The position numbers and the translations under genes were made by a program. The notes under the pieces are model-generated. The model was not told the origin of the DNA, did no database searches, and worked only from the letters and a program-made list of their open reading frames with translations. 64,000 nt of DNA from Paramoeba atlantica (Eukaryota; Protista; Discosea), in NCBI GenBank assembly GCA_977017575.1, contig CDRNVI010000016.1:372001-436000 (forward strand), written 5' to 3'. Shown one piece after another: positions 20,254 through 31,339 of the stretch (its first letter is position 1; each line of letters opens with the position of its first letter).

Positions 20254-20441
20254 AAATATTTGATGGGTGCTAGCGCGCCGTGTCGTCTCATATTGATGCG
20301 ACTTGCAATAATCATGTGGACTTCGGACAAGCGCGGCAATCTTGCCAACGTATAAAAGATCAGGAAGGAAATGTGAAACTTATCCTGTGTGCAATGCGAA
20401 ATGTAAGGATTAGTTTAAAGGTACGATTCTTTATTGCCGTA

Positions 20442-21450
20442 TACCCCCCCCCAGTAAGAGACCCCACACTAATATACACCCATGGACAGAAGTGTGCCCC
20501 CGGCCTGGCAAATGTCAATTTTTTTATCCGTTTTTTCTCATTTTTGCAGCATTCGAGAGATCTCGTTCCCCTAGCGAAGAGCTTTGCCGCCTTTGCTTCA
20601 TAGGGACCCCCTGGTACCCCCTGTTTCCAAAAAACATGGTTTTATTGCCCGTTTTTTTGGAACACAGTCAATTTCTCTAGTATATTATCTTTTTTTCTCC
20701 CTGTTTTTTCTTCATGAGGACCCCGCCTCGTATAAATCATAAACGAAACATCGCTTTGTCGATTTCGGAGCGAACAGAGATAGTCAAACAGCATAAATCC
20801 ACACAACTTTGTAGTTTTAAGCCACACAACTATGTAACCCTGACAAAGGCCATAGAAAAGGCGTTTAATGCTCTAAAACGTGCACGACATATATAGAAAG
20901 TGTTGAATTCCATCAAATCTGTTCCTAAACGTATGCAAATAGCTATTCAGACCAATGGGGACATTGCGGATATTGATACTTCTTCCTTTTTTCTCATTTT
21001 CTCATTGAAAGGGTGTTCTCATTTTCTAGATGTCTAATGTACCATTTTTTGTTTTTGGTCTACTTTGGGGTCACCACCAGAGCACCAGGGGGTCCCTATG
21101 AAAAAAAGGCGGCAAAGCTCTTCGCTAGGGGAACGAGATCTCTCGAATGCTGCAAAAATGAGAAAAAACGAATAAAAAAAATGGCGTTTGCCAGGCCGGG
21201 GGCACACTTCTGTCCATGGGTGTAGATATGGCTCGGGAGTCACACAGGCGGCGTATAGGGAGTAGGGGGTGGGTGCCCGCATGTCTGGGGCCTTGGGGGT
21301 AACCCAAACGAGCATTTTAACACTTTTTCAGAAGAACAAGTAGAACCGTTTCTCAAAAAAGGTTCGGAAAACTGGCCAAAAAATCATACCCCCCAGTAAG
21401 GGAGATTCAAATATTTTCACCAAAAACCCATTTCTCTTACTGGGGGGGTA
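20442..21450 (+). mobile_element. Non-autonomous Tc1/mariner-like element with long internal inverted repeats
   Basis: Termini TA-C9-AGTAAGAG and CTCTTACT-G7-TA. About 145-bp inverted repeats at 20478-20620 and 21087-21228. Relic transposase C-terminus KVLNSIKSVPKRMQIAIQTNG near 20897-20960. Confidence 0.8.
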
Positions 21451-21626
21451 TACGATAGATTAGGGATACGATTAGATTATGGTACCATGCTAAGATACAG
21501 ATCGGTTAAAGATACGTTTCTTGGACAATTCTAATAGTAGATTTGTGTAGGTTTCAGTTAGACAATTGTGTAGATTTTCGCTACGAGAAATTCACTTTCA
21601 TTAGACTTTTAGTATAATAGAGAAAT

Positions 21627-22520
21627 ATGTCAGGGAAACTCCGCTTGTATAAGGACAAGTTGGACGGGTACAAGCGCTTCTACTCTATTGTAAAAACCAT
21701 AAAGATGGTTACGCTTGCAAAGTTTCGTCAAGCAATGGGTCGTGTAAAAACAAGAGATGCAAATTTGCGATACACAGAAAAGTGTTTTGCAGCTATAAAA
21801 GGTCAGAACGCCTCAGCCGAAGAGACCAATCAATTAATTGTTCCGATCACAACGAATCGTGGCTCTTGTGGCCCGTTGAATAGCAACATCTATAAACATA
21901 TAGATGGGGCTATCCGGCCAAAATCCAAGCTTATGGCAGTTGGTAAAAAGGGTAACGATTCCCTGTCTCGTTTATTTCCTAATGAGTATACCTATGCGAT
22001 TATCAATGATATGAAACAGGCTGTTCATTTCGGATTCGCGTCCTACATTTATGAAAATATGAAAACAATTCCGAACCTCAATGAAGTTCATGTTGTCTTT
22101 AATCGCTTTATATCGGCAGGTGTACAACGACAATCGGTTTATACTATACCAGATTTTGGCACCTGGATTGCGAAGCTTACGTTAGCTGGATGTGGTGAAT
22201 CAAATAAAGCAAACTATCAGTTTACCAATGCTGTGTTGAATCTGGATGAATCGGTGGCCAAAGACTTTTACGATTTTCATGCTAGCATGTGTATTTTGAA
22301 TGCTGTTTCAGAAAATGAGCACTCTGAGTACGCAGCTCGCTTGCTGGCTGTGGAATCTCAGATGACGAACATTGCGCAACTGCAAGAACGAACTCGATAT
22401 CTTTATAATAAAACGCGACAAGGGAGTATTACTGCAGCTCTGATTGAATTGCTTAGTGCAATGTCCGCGATGTCTGACTCAGTCAGGCCTATTAATACCA
22501 GAGCTCGTTTCTGGGAGTAA
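21627..22520 (+). CDS. ATP3: Mitochondrial F1-ATP synthase gamma subunit, kinetoplastid type
   Basis: MSGKLRLYKDKLDGYKRFYSIVKTIKMVTLAK, PITTNRGSCG, LYNKTRQGSITAALIELLSAM. Confidence 0.97.
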   Translation: MSGKLRLYKDKLDGYKRFYSIVKTIKMVTLAKFRQAMGRVKTRDANLRYTEKCFAAIKGQNASAEETNQLIVPITTNRGSCGPLNSNIYKHIDGAIRPKSKLMAVGKKGNDSLSRLFPNEYTYAIINDMKQAVHFGFASYIYENMKTIPNLNEVHVVFNRFISAGVQRQSVYTIPDFGTWIAKLTLAGCGESNKANYQFTNAVLNLDESVAKDFYDFHASMCILNAVSENEHSEYAARLLAVESQMTNIAQLQERTRYLYNKTRQGSITAALIELLSAMSAMSDSVRPINTRARFWE

Positions 22521-22952
22521 GCAGCCGATAGGATGGACTTTTTAAGTATCTGTGCACGTCGTAAAATCAAGCGTCATAATATCTTCAGGTTATAAAAGAT
22601 ATTATTCACGCAGAAAATCCTAATACGTTGGTAAAATACATCAATATATACCTTATATTGGTTCCTACTACTTTTTTCATGCAGTTTAAGTAATAAAAAG
22701 CCTTTCTAGTTCTTCAGAAAGCTTTTACGGTAATCTTATCCCTCATCACAAACATTTTTGTGAACATGAGTTTTTCCGAAATTCTTGTTTTGTGCATAAA
22801 ACTGCCTCAGATCGATATTAAAACTGTTTGATACGTGATACGCGGATTATAGACGTAAGAATTGTACCGCATTATGGCGCAACTTCATTTTGAGGGTTTA
22901 CAGCAAATCTCATTCAATGTTTTGGCCGAAGTTCGTGTATGCACGGGCATGC

Positions 22953-23062
22953 GTGTCTATTACATACACTTAGTGTCTACTAACATACACTTAGTGTCTA
23001 TTACATACACTGCGTGTCTATTACATACATATAGAGCATGTATCTGAAATACATGCTCTATA
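22953..23062. repeat. About 4 x 20-nt tandem repeat followed by a perfect 14-bp hairpin
   Basis: GTGTCTATTACATACAC(TTA/TGC) units, then TATAGAGCATGTAT-ctgaa-ATACATGCTCTATA (23030-23062). Confidence 0.85.
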
Positions 23063-23181
23063 TAGTGCACTTTAGTATCTGTACTTATATAAATCAATTT
23101 ACAAACAAGAACAATTTGCTAACACGTTTGCCCCCTGTTATTTTTAAACAATATAGATTCATGTAACTACGGACTCAAATT

Positions 23182-25602
23182 ATGGGGTGCTCATGTTCCA
23201 AACAAAACCGCAAAAAATATCATTCCATTCACCTATCGAAACAGATATCAGGACAGGTTCGACACGATATAGAAAGCTTCGTACGAAGATATGAACTAGG
23301 CGACCTTCCCGTCGTCTTTCGAGATGTTATAGGAACCTTTCTCCTGGGGGGACGAGCCAATGAATGTACTAACATAGAACAGCAAATTGAATTTGACGAA
23401 GAGCAGTACGCGAAGTGCGTGCTTGCTAGTTTTTCGAAGGCCTTACAGGACTTAACAGACGTACAATTGTTGCCGCTTATTACTAAAATTGTGACAGAGC
23501 TGTGGGAGCAATCTAAAAGAAACACAGGAACGGGAATGCCAACTTTGGCTTTTGAGCACGAGGACACTGATTCGTTTACCGTACGTGAACTTCATTTCTG
23601 GATATCTCCCAAAGTTCAATTTCGAAGACCAAAATCTGATGTACTAAGGATTTTACGGCGCGCTAACTCCAAGAACGATGAGTTTGATGCTGTTCATTTG
23701 GGTTCGACTGTAACGTTCAACCAATTCCATCAATTGTACACCAAACTTTTTCATCGACCAGAATTGGATGCGATTTTTTGCACTTTTGCTCGAAGGCATG
23801 TCATGACTTTCACGGAACTTCAAACGTTTTTAGCAAAAATGCAAAATGAAACAGAAAATGTTGCAAAAGACAAAGCAAAAAAAAATCTAAGAGTTACAGG
23901 TCCTCTGACGAAGTATGCTTTCGCTGAATATTTTGGTTCGATCACTACGAATCCGTGCCAATGGCATGAGCCTATTCTTAGCGATGTTGATGTTCGTTGG
24001 GATGAGCACCCTCTTCATCATTATTACATTTCTACTTCGTTCCATACGTTTCTTACCGGAGATCAAATTCATAGTGAAGTCTCGTTGGACATGTACCGAT
24101 ATGTGCTTTTAGAGGGCTGCCGCTGCATCGAACTTGAGATATGGGACGGACCCATGGGTCATCCTGTCGTGTACCATGGAGGGAACAAAAATTCCACTCT
24201 CGCCGTACGTCGCGTGCTAGAAGTAATTCGCCAACACGCTTTTGTATCTTCAAGTTACCCTATTATTCTGTCATTCGACGTATATAACGCATCGGAGGAG
24301 CAACAAAGAATGCTTGCGTATCATCTCCAAAGAATATTTTCCAAGAGTCTTACACTTGGAATGATGTTTAATTCCGGACATCACCCGGAGCGTTCTCTGG
24401 CAACTCTTCGGCAACTGCAGAAAAAAGTATTGGTTAAATGCAAACAACTTCCAATCAAACCTTTTGTGGGGATTCGGGTTGCGAATATGCGGCGCCTCAA
24501 TCAGGGCGTAAAGGTCACGGAAGTTAAACTAGAGAGCGCGGCTTGCTCTGCCGGTCTTCAATCTAATGACTGGATCACTCATGTCAATGGTGAACCCATT
24601 AAAAATGTTCAAGATTTCAAATCCAAAATTGAATTCCTTCGTGTAGGCGATAATCTCACGCTGCGTTGTGAGAATCTCAGTGACATTTCGTTTGTACTTG
24701 GTGGCGTTGATGATGTAGCCCAAGGCGTAGACGCTAGTGATGACGATATTTGCGACGAAGCTCGTGTTCTGCGCAAACAAAATCAAAAGACTTCTTTGGA
24801 GACCGTTGCTGCCGAATTATCCCACCTAGTATTTCTTACCGCAGCTCGCCGTAAATCGTACAATTGCAATCAAACTAAACCGTGGGAAGTGGTTGCAATT
24901 TCCGAAACACGTGCCATTGAGGATGCTGAAATATTGCGCAATCAAATGATTGCACATAATGCAAGACGTTTTTGTCGCGTATACCCGTCTACATTCCGAG
25001 TTGATTCCAGCAATATGAATCCGATAAATTTTTGGGCGATCGGATCTCAAATGGTGGCTCTAAATTGGCAAACGAAGTGTGAATTTATGCGTCTCTACAA
25101 AGCCAAGTTCTACTTTGAAGGCCATAGCTCGGGCTTCGTTTTGAAACCCTCGCATCTTCGTCCATCCGACAAACTTCCCTCAGCACATGAACGATGTAAG
25201 ACGTCCGATTTTTGCATTCGAATCTTAGCAACCCACTGTTTACAGCTTACCATGCGTTCTACTGACCAAGAACCAGTTGTTCGAATCGTTGTCTTTATAA
25301 GAGGCACTGCGGAGGACGACACCTCTCACTTGCCTCAAGTCGCACACCACGGAAAATCTTCTTCGTGGAATACCGAGGTTGCAAGCTCGTTTCAATTTTC
25401 TGTCTCTGATCCTGCTTTAGCATTCCTAGTAATCCGTATTTTTGAGGATATTTCCGGCGATACGATTCTTGGGGAATGTATTTTGCCTGTATCGTGCATC
25501 AGGTTAGGTATACGTGTGCTTCCAATGTGGGATGAAGAAGGCACTCTTCTGGATCACGATACAACCTTGCTGTGTCTTTTTTCAAAATACAGAGCGGTCT
25601 AA
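23182..25602 (+). CDS. PI-PLC: Phosphoinositide phospholipase C (EF-X-PDZ-Y-C2), catalytic residues altered
   Basis: MGCSCSK acylation motif, X box (GCRCIELEIWDG, PVVYHG), PDZ in the X-Y linker (GVKVTEV...GLQSNDWITHVNG), Y box (RVYPSTFRVDSSN, QMVALNWQT) and C2. Confidence 0.93.
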   Translation: MGCSCSKQNRKKYHSIHLSKQISGQVRHDIESFVRRYELGDLPVVFRDVIGTFLLGGRANECTNIEQQIEFDEEQYAKCVLASFSKALQDLTDVQLLPLITKIVTELWEQSKRNTGTGMPTLAFEHEDTDSFTVRELHFWISPKVQFRRPKSDVLRILRRANSKNDEFDAVHLGSTVTFNQFHQLYTKLFHRPELDAIFCTFARRHVMTFTELQTFLAKMQNETENVAKDKAKKNLRVTGPLTKYAFAEYFGSITTNPCQWHEPILSDVDVRWDEHPLHHYYISTSFHTFLTGDQIHSEVSLDMYRYVLLEGCRCIELEIWDGPMGHPVVYHGGNKNSTLAVRRVLEVIRQHAFVSSSYPIILSFDVYNASEEQQRMLAYHLQRIFSKSLTLGMMFNSGHHPERSLATLRQLQKKVLVKCKQLPIKPFVGIRVANMRRLNQGVKVTEVKLESAACSAGLQSNDWITHVNGEPIKNVQDFKSKIEFLRVGDNLTLRCENLSDISFVLGGVDDVAQGVDASDDDICDEARVLRKQNQKTSLETVAAELSHLVFLTAARRKSYNCNQTKPWEVVAISETRAIEDAEILRNQMIAHNARRFCRVYPSTFRVDSSNMNPINFWAIGSQMVALNWQTKCEFMRLYKAKFYFEGHSSGFVLKPSHLRPSDKLPSAHERCKTSDFCIRILATHCLQLTMRSTDQEPVVRIVVFIRGTAEDDTSHLPQVAHHGKSSSWNTEVASSFQFSVSDPALAFLVIRIFEDISGDTILGECILPVSCIRLGIRVLPMWDEEGTLLDHDTTLLCLFSKYRAV

Positions 25603-26885
25603 AGAAGAGTAACTCTAACTCCATCACATGGATTCGCAGTAAAATTTATTTAACAGGGCTTAACTATTATTTGAAATGAGCTTTTATGCCTAAAATCAAT
25701 CTTTCTTTGAGCCAGACAATAAAATTCTCTTTGGAATACTATTGAAATTTCAATAGTATTTGGATTGGCCCTTACTGTAGCAAATGGTTGGCCCTTACTG
25801 CAGCAATATAGAGAATACATTGTTGTATTCTGTATACATTGTTGTATATTGCGGTGGTTGTAACTACCACTCTACCCTCGATTATTGAAAAAAGTGGGCA
25901 AAAACGGTGTAAGCACACATGGGCATTCACGTGTACAGAGAATACTCGTGTATGAAGAGGAACACAGTACACTCCCGCTAATACATTTTTATAAATATAG
26001 ATTATAAACTTTTACTTTTATTTGTATTTATAGTACAAATGAGGGGCTGCGGATGATGTAAAGCGCTGTTTCGCACTGTTTCACGCTGTTTCGCGGCGTT
26101 TCAACACTAGGTAAGTCAAAAAGGAAATAAGTAGCTATTTTTTATTTGAAATAACCTATGAATGAAAGCAGAGTAGGCACTCGAGGGGGGCAAAGTTCGG
26201 GAGTGTGCCGCGGTGATATCCATGCATAAAAAAGATTAAAATATTAATGTACTATACATTTCAAAACTGATCTTCAGCACTCATTCGCAAATATTAAAAA
26301 AGTTGAACACATTTAATACTGAGACATTTAATACTGTGACCCCCTTTAACGTAGAATAATGCGTTTTGTCTCTATGATAGGGGGGTTTGGGGGGGGTGTA
26401 TATTAAAGGCGGGTTGCAGTACTGTACTTAGTGCTGATCTTCTCCACTTTACACTTTCGCACTTCGTATTCCCTTTTTCGCCCCATAGCGTTTTACTCGA
26501 GCTCGGGAAATCGAATGACCCTGCCCGATAGGCCCTTTGCAGGGCTTTCCACTTGGTCACTTTCCACTTGGCTGCTTTCATTGCTTGCTTCGAGGGAAGT
26601 GGAAGCATTTTAAAAAACCATCTTCCTCTTAAACGGGGTTAAGTTTGTCAATTTTCCTTTTCTATTCTCTTTGTTCAACACGGCGGTTGTTTTCAGCGCG
26701 AAGCTATGCTATTAAAAAAAGTTTTAAATTGAATACTACCACCGCTTTTAACGAAGAGACTAAAAAGAATTTGATAAAATGCCATCTTTTAAGTAAGAGG
26801 AATATAATGGGTAATAATATTAGCGGATATATTGGATCTTTCAGAAAACAATAACTTTATCCTTTTCCATAATTCGTTCTTCTTA

Positions 26886-28565
26886 ATGCATGAATGTGAG
26901 ATAACAGAGGGTGAGGCTACAATACGAATCCAACCGACTACCGAAGGAAACGAAAGCCAGGAGCATACCCAGCGCTTGGGAACCTTTTACAACAAAGTTC
27001 AATCTGTCAATCGCGACCTTTCAATTTTAGTAGTACAAAACTATATTGATTCTCTTTTGCCGAAAACGAAATCCCGTCGAAAAGGATTAAAAGACGGTGC
27101 TCGAATACTTGAGGCTTTAAGTGCCACTGGCATCCGTGCGATTCGTTACGCCAAAGAAATAGATGGAATAGAGTATGTAATAGCAAACGACATGGATAAA
27201 AACGCAGTAGACGAAATCCGCCGAAATGTATCTCGTAACGGATTATCTGAGCGTCTAGTTCAGCCGTCGCACGAAGAAGCTAATGCGCTTATGAGGAGAC
27301 TTGGTACTGATACGCAAAATCGCGAAGATTCTACAAAGATAGACATCGTTGACCTTGATCCGTATGGGTCTGCGAGCCCATTTATTGATGCCGCCTTAGG
27401 ATGTGCTGAAGACGGGGGACTCCTCTGCATCACCTGCACGGATGCAGCAGTGTTATGCGGTAAACATATTGGGACATGTTATGCTAAATATGGAGCAACG
27501 CCTTCGCAGGGTCCATTTTGTCATGAAATGGCGCTTCGAATACTGTTGCACGCTATTGAACAAAGCGCGAATCGTCAAGGAAGGTACATACACCCATTAT
27601 TGTCGGTTAAAGTTGATTTTTATTTTAGAGTCTACGTACAAGTGCTCAGTGGTTTAGCAGAAGTTAAGCTTTCGGTTTGCAAACGATCGTACAACATGCT
27701 TTGCACCCGTTGTGGTTTCTTCATGTCGCATCCTTGTGCAAGAACTCGAGCGCGGACTCGAGCAACAAAACGAAATACTGTGTCAGATGCACAAAAAGCA
27801 GATACGCTCGAGGATACAGATTCAGCGGTCGAAAATTCGAACAGCGCCCAAGACTTTGGCATATGCTCGCCACATATTCATCCGAAAGAGCAAAATCCAT
27901 CTCTCCATGTATTTAATTCGACTTACAATTTTTCTTCAACCTCTTCAGCGCATGGATGCCCTTGTTGTAGTGGTTCCATGTGGTGCGCAGGTCCGTTTTA
28001 CAACCAGGCAATGCACGACATTAATTTTGTCAACGAACTTGTTCAACAAGCTGCACTGCGCTCTCAACGTTCCTCACAGACTTTGCCTTCGCTATCACGG
28101 GTATGCGCTCTGCTGAACGGCGTGCGGGATGAACTACATGACGTGCCGCTCTATTATTCTATCCCTCGCATGTGCTCCGTAATTAAAATTCCTGTGCCTC
28201 GCCTGTGTGAACTCACCTCGGCGTTGGGACGGGGCGGCTATCGATGTTCTCAGACTCACTGCAACCCTGATGGGCTAAAAACGGATTGTCCAGGCACAAC
28301 ATTGTACCGTATTTTGCTTGCGTACATGACCCAACGTACTTCCCAGGGTGCAGAAAGAAGAACCATTCTCCATCTAGAGGCTCTCACAAACATTAGTTTT
28401 AAGGCAGATGATCAATACGATATCAGAACACGCAGGAAAAATTGTTTACCAGAGTTGGGGTCCGACATAAATCTTCCCCTGCGCAAATTCTTGCCTAATC
28501 CAGAGCCTAAGTGGGGGCCGAAATCTCGCCATAAAGCTGTGAAAACTAAGGAGAGCGCCCAATAG
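26886..28565 (+). CDS. TRM1: tRNA (guanine-26-N2)-dimethyltransferase
   Basis: FYNKVQSVNRDLS, ILEALSATGIRAIRY, IDIVDLDPYGS, LLCITCTDAAVLCG, HEMALRILL, SQTHC...GLKTD. Confidence 0.96.
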   Translation: MHECEITEGEATIRIQPTTEGNESQEHTQRLGTFYNKVQSVNRDLSILVVQNYIDSLLPKTKSRRKGLKDGARILEALSATGIRAIRYAKEIDGIEYVIANDMDKNAVDEIRRNVSRNGLSERLVQPSHEEANALMRRLGTDTQNREDSTKIDIVDLDPYGSASPFIDAALGCAEDGGLLCITCTDAAVLCGKHIGTCYAKYGATPSQGPFCHEMALRILLHAIEQSANRQGRYIHPLLSVKVDFYFRVYVQVLSGLAEVKLSVCKRSYNMLCTRCGFFMSHPCARTRARTRATKRNTVSDAQKADTLEDTDSAVENSNSAQDFGICSPHIHPKEQNPSLHVFNSTYNFSSTSSAHGCPCCSGSMWCAGPFYNQAMHDINFVNELVQQAALRSQRSSQTLPSLSRVCALLNGVRDELHDVPLYYSIPRMCSVIKIPVPRLCELTSALGRGGYRCSQTHCNPDGLKTDCPGTTLYRILLAYMTQRTSQGAERRTILHLEALTNISFKADDQYDIRTRRKNCLPELGSDINLPLRKFLPNPEPKWGPKSRHKAVKTKESAQ

Positions 28566-28759
28566 ACAGGTTGGAAGGCGTGGTTTATAAGGATTATTAT
28601 TTCTATACCTAACTCGCGATTTCGAAAAAAATGTGTCATTTTCTACGATTTAGCAATTTTCTCCTCAATTGACCTACAAGGTTCGTCTACAAGAACAATC
28701 TGCGCGAATAGAACAAAAAGAGTAAAAAGATGAAGAGCAATACAGTAATACAGTAATGT

Positions 28760-29481
28760 ACGATAGAGTGAGAAAGTTCAGAACACCTCGATACTGATGA
28801 ATGCGTACATTATTGTCAAGCAGTTACGCGACAGCCTTCCGAAGGCCTCACGGTTTAGGATCGATGAATGTAAAATTTATTTTCCTTATATTTATTTTCC
28901 TTATACGCCTTACCCACATTTTCCTTTCATTTGTATCAAACGTAAAACGTAATATCACATGACAAGTAACTCTGTGAGAGCTCTCGAAGCGGTATAAGTG
29001 TAATCCAGGGATGATAAGTCTCTCTGCACAGCTCTTTTTGAAACTTGAGTATTCTTTTTCCGCAATTATGCGCCTCGATGGATTAAATCTCGGTTCGAGA
29101 GGGGTCATTATCGTCATAATTGTCTTTTCATTATTTTTTTGCGCTCAGGACTCAAAGTGTGTACTGGGGTAGTTTTCTTCTCTTACAAATATTTGTTAAC
29201 GATCCTTCTAGAAACGTTAAAATCACGGGATAGCTCTTTTCTGGGTACTCCTTGTCCGTACCTCATCTTTAAAAGAACCTTTCCACTAGAAGTAAGCCCC
29301 CCTCTTGGGAGTCGCTATGGTGATTTTGGCGTTTTCGAAAAAAGTTGAAAAAAACAAATATTATTCTTTACTGAATTTATAAAGAGCTAAAAACAGCGGG
29401 AACGTACAAATCTCATAATTTTAAACGACAACGTGGTATGAACCCCAAGCGACCCCCTGTGCTAAAAATAAGGGGGGTCAC
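28760..29481 (-). mobile_element. Decayed Tc1-like element, same family as 38244-39175
   Basis: Reverse complement of 29130-29481 aligns with 38262-38611 (subterminal sequence and HTH KVLLKMRYGQGVPRKELSRDFNVSRRIV), with stops. It continues into degenerate catalytic-domain-like sequence. The left boundary is approximate. Confidence 0.75.
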
Positions 29482-30304
29482 TAAAAACCTGTGCTAAAAA
29501 TAACGGTTATTTTTATTTACGGTTATTTTTAATTATGGTTATTTTTAATTAAGATTATTTTTAGACCTAAAAAAAATACTTTTTTTCATGTCTATCACCA
29601 TCGACCTCACTTTCATACGAAATAGAAACCTTTATAACATGATCACAGACGAATCCAATGGCTTGGGCGCTTAAAATTTACTCAAAAAGTGTGTTCACAA
29701 ATTATTTTATTTACGAGTGGATGATATTACGGTTAATTTAATTAAGAATAATTTTAGCCAAAAATAACCTTAAAAGCGTAATTGAATAATACCGTAATTA
29801 AATATAACACTGTAGCTTCTTTCCGCCGCAGTCCACTTGGAAGAAGGTCGTCCAACAAAGCTTGAAAATTTTTCAATGGAGCCCGATTCATCTAAATTAG
29901 ATGACTTACAATGTCTTTTTTTGTTCTATGTTGCCCATTAGACTAATGGGTGCTTCTTTTTCAATGACCGAGAAGTCATGGAAAAATAATACGAAAATAC
30001 GGTATAAAACATGAAAATAAGTTGATAATTGTTTAGTTCAAAAAAACGATTTTTTAAAACACAAAAAAATTTGTAAGAAAGGATTTTCTTACATGAAAAT
30101 ATGTTGATAATTTTTTTAAGAGGTTTTACCACATAGAATGATAATTTTTTTTGAGATTATCATTTTTAATGACCCATTTAACGACAGGGGCAGTATTTCT
30201 GCTATCATCGTAGTAGCACATCTTGGATTGAACAACCTTTACGACAAAACTAGTAACCAGATTTTCCCCTTCCCCATACTCGTCCAATAGTCTACGGGCA
30301 CTAA

Positions 30305-30595
30305 CTAATGGCGGCGCGCTAAGCCTTTCATATCCTCACGACTATTCTGGAGGGAACGCTTAACAGTATGCGATGATAGTGTACATGCATGCGCTCCGTG
30401 GCCTCGTTGACCACAGTACCGGCATGACCCCTGTGGCGCGTTCGGATAGTACCAGGGACGAAAACGTTTTTTGGTGGTTTCTCGCTCGGAAAAACCAGTC
30501 CGTTTCGGGTACTGCCCAGGGCGATATATATAGTGTACATCAATACTATATATCCTCCATGTACCCTTCACCCTTATGAAGAAGCGCCCCTTCAC
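30305..30595 (-). pseudogene. Short ORF with a gag-type CCHC zinc knuckle, probably a retroelement fragment
   Basis: CRYCGQRGHGAHAC = CX2CX4HX4C. Antisense to host genes and inside the TE island. Confidence 0.45.
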
Positions 30596-30748
30596 CCCTC
30601 ATTGACGCCCTCCTCCCCCGCCCTCTTCCTCTGCTCTCCTCGCCCTCCCTCCTGGACATGGATTTTACAATTTTGATTTTTTGCCGTATTATGAGTAAAA
30701 AAGGCGCCGCGAAGCGGCGCCAAATTTTTTTTCACACCCCTTTCATCG

Positions 30749-30807
30749 CCCCCCCCCCCTTTATTATGGACAAAAGCCGAAAAAGTGTCCATATTAAAGG
30801 GGGGGGG
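30749..30807. repeat. Collapsed TIR pair (micro-MITE-like)
   Basis: C-run+TTTATTATGGACA and TGTCCATATTAAA+G-run (one mismatch) separated by 13 nt. Confidence 0.75.
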
Positions 30808-31152
30808 TCACAGTACCACAGCTTCTCAAGAAAACGAGACCAGTAAATAATTTGTCTCTGTTAAAAAATGGAATCGACGACTCAGACCAGAGTGTTAACA
30901 ATATAGCCATCAAATTAAATAGTTAAGAAGTTAAAGTTAAATACAGGACTTTTTACCTTTTTAAAAATTATGCTTTTACAGGTTAGAGAAAATGGATAGA
31001 TCAAGTACGTCAGTAAAAGTGATTGGATAATACATGGTTATGTCAAAGTTAAATAGTTAAGAACATTGATCTTCAGAATTGCATCAAACGTGAATTCATT
31101 AATCGAAAAAACAACGCGAAGAACAACGTACGCGATATTCAGGACGTAAAAA

Positions 31153-31269
31153 GCTGGACCAACTCCCTGGTGAGAGCTGGAACTGTTGAGCCATGGGCTT
31201 CCCGGCCGAAAGGCCGCAGTCCTAACTCCCTGTTGGGAGTCGGAACTGTTGAGCCAGAACTCCCCGGCC
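31153..31269. repeat. Two diverged tandem units, 62-63 nt period, each with hairpins
   Basis: Shared blocks AACTCCCTG, GGAACTGTTGAGCCA and CCCGGCC, joined by a GGCC-GAAA-GGCC hairpin. Confidence 0.8.
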
Positions 31270-31339
31270 AAAATATATGGAAATGTAAAAAAGAAATTTT
31301 GATGAAGTTTATACATCAAAGATTACTCACGCTGCATTG

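Noticed and set aside
22380-22480. ATP synthase gamma substitutions that permit kDNA loss (T. brucei L262P, A273P, A281del, M282L)
   Set aside because: The equivalent residues in LYNKTRQGSITAALIELLSAM look wild type (numbering from memory).
31183-31222. Hammerhead-like CTGTTGA...GAAA...GTC
   Set aside because: A6 is not conserved, stem II needs a bulge, and stems I and III do not pair next to the core.
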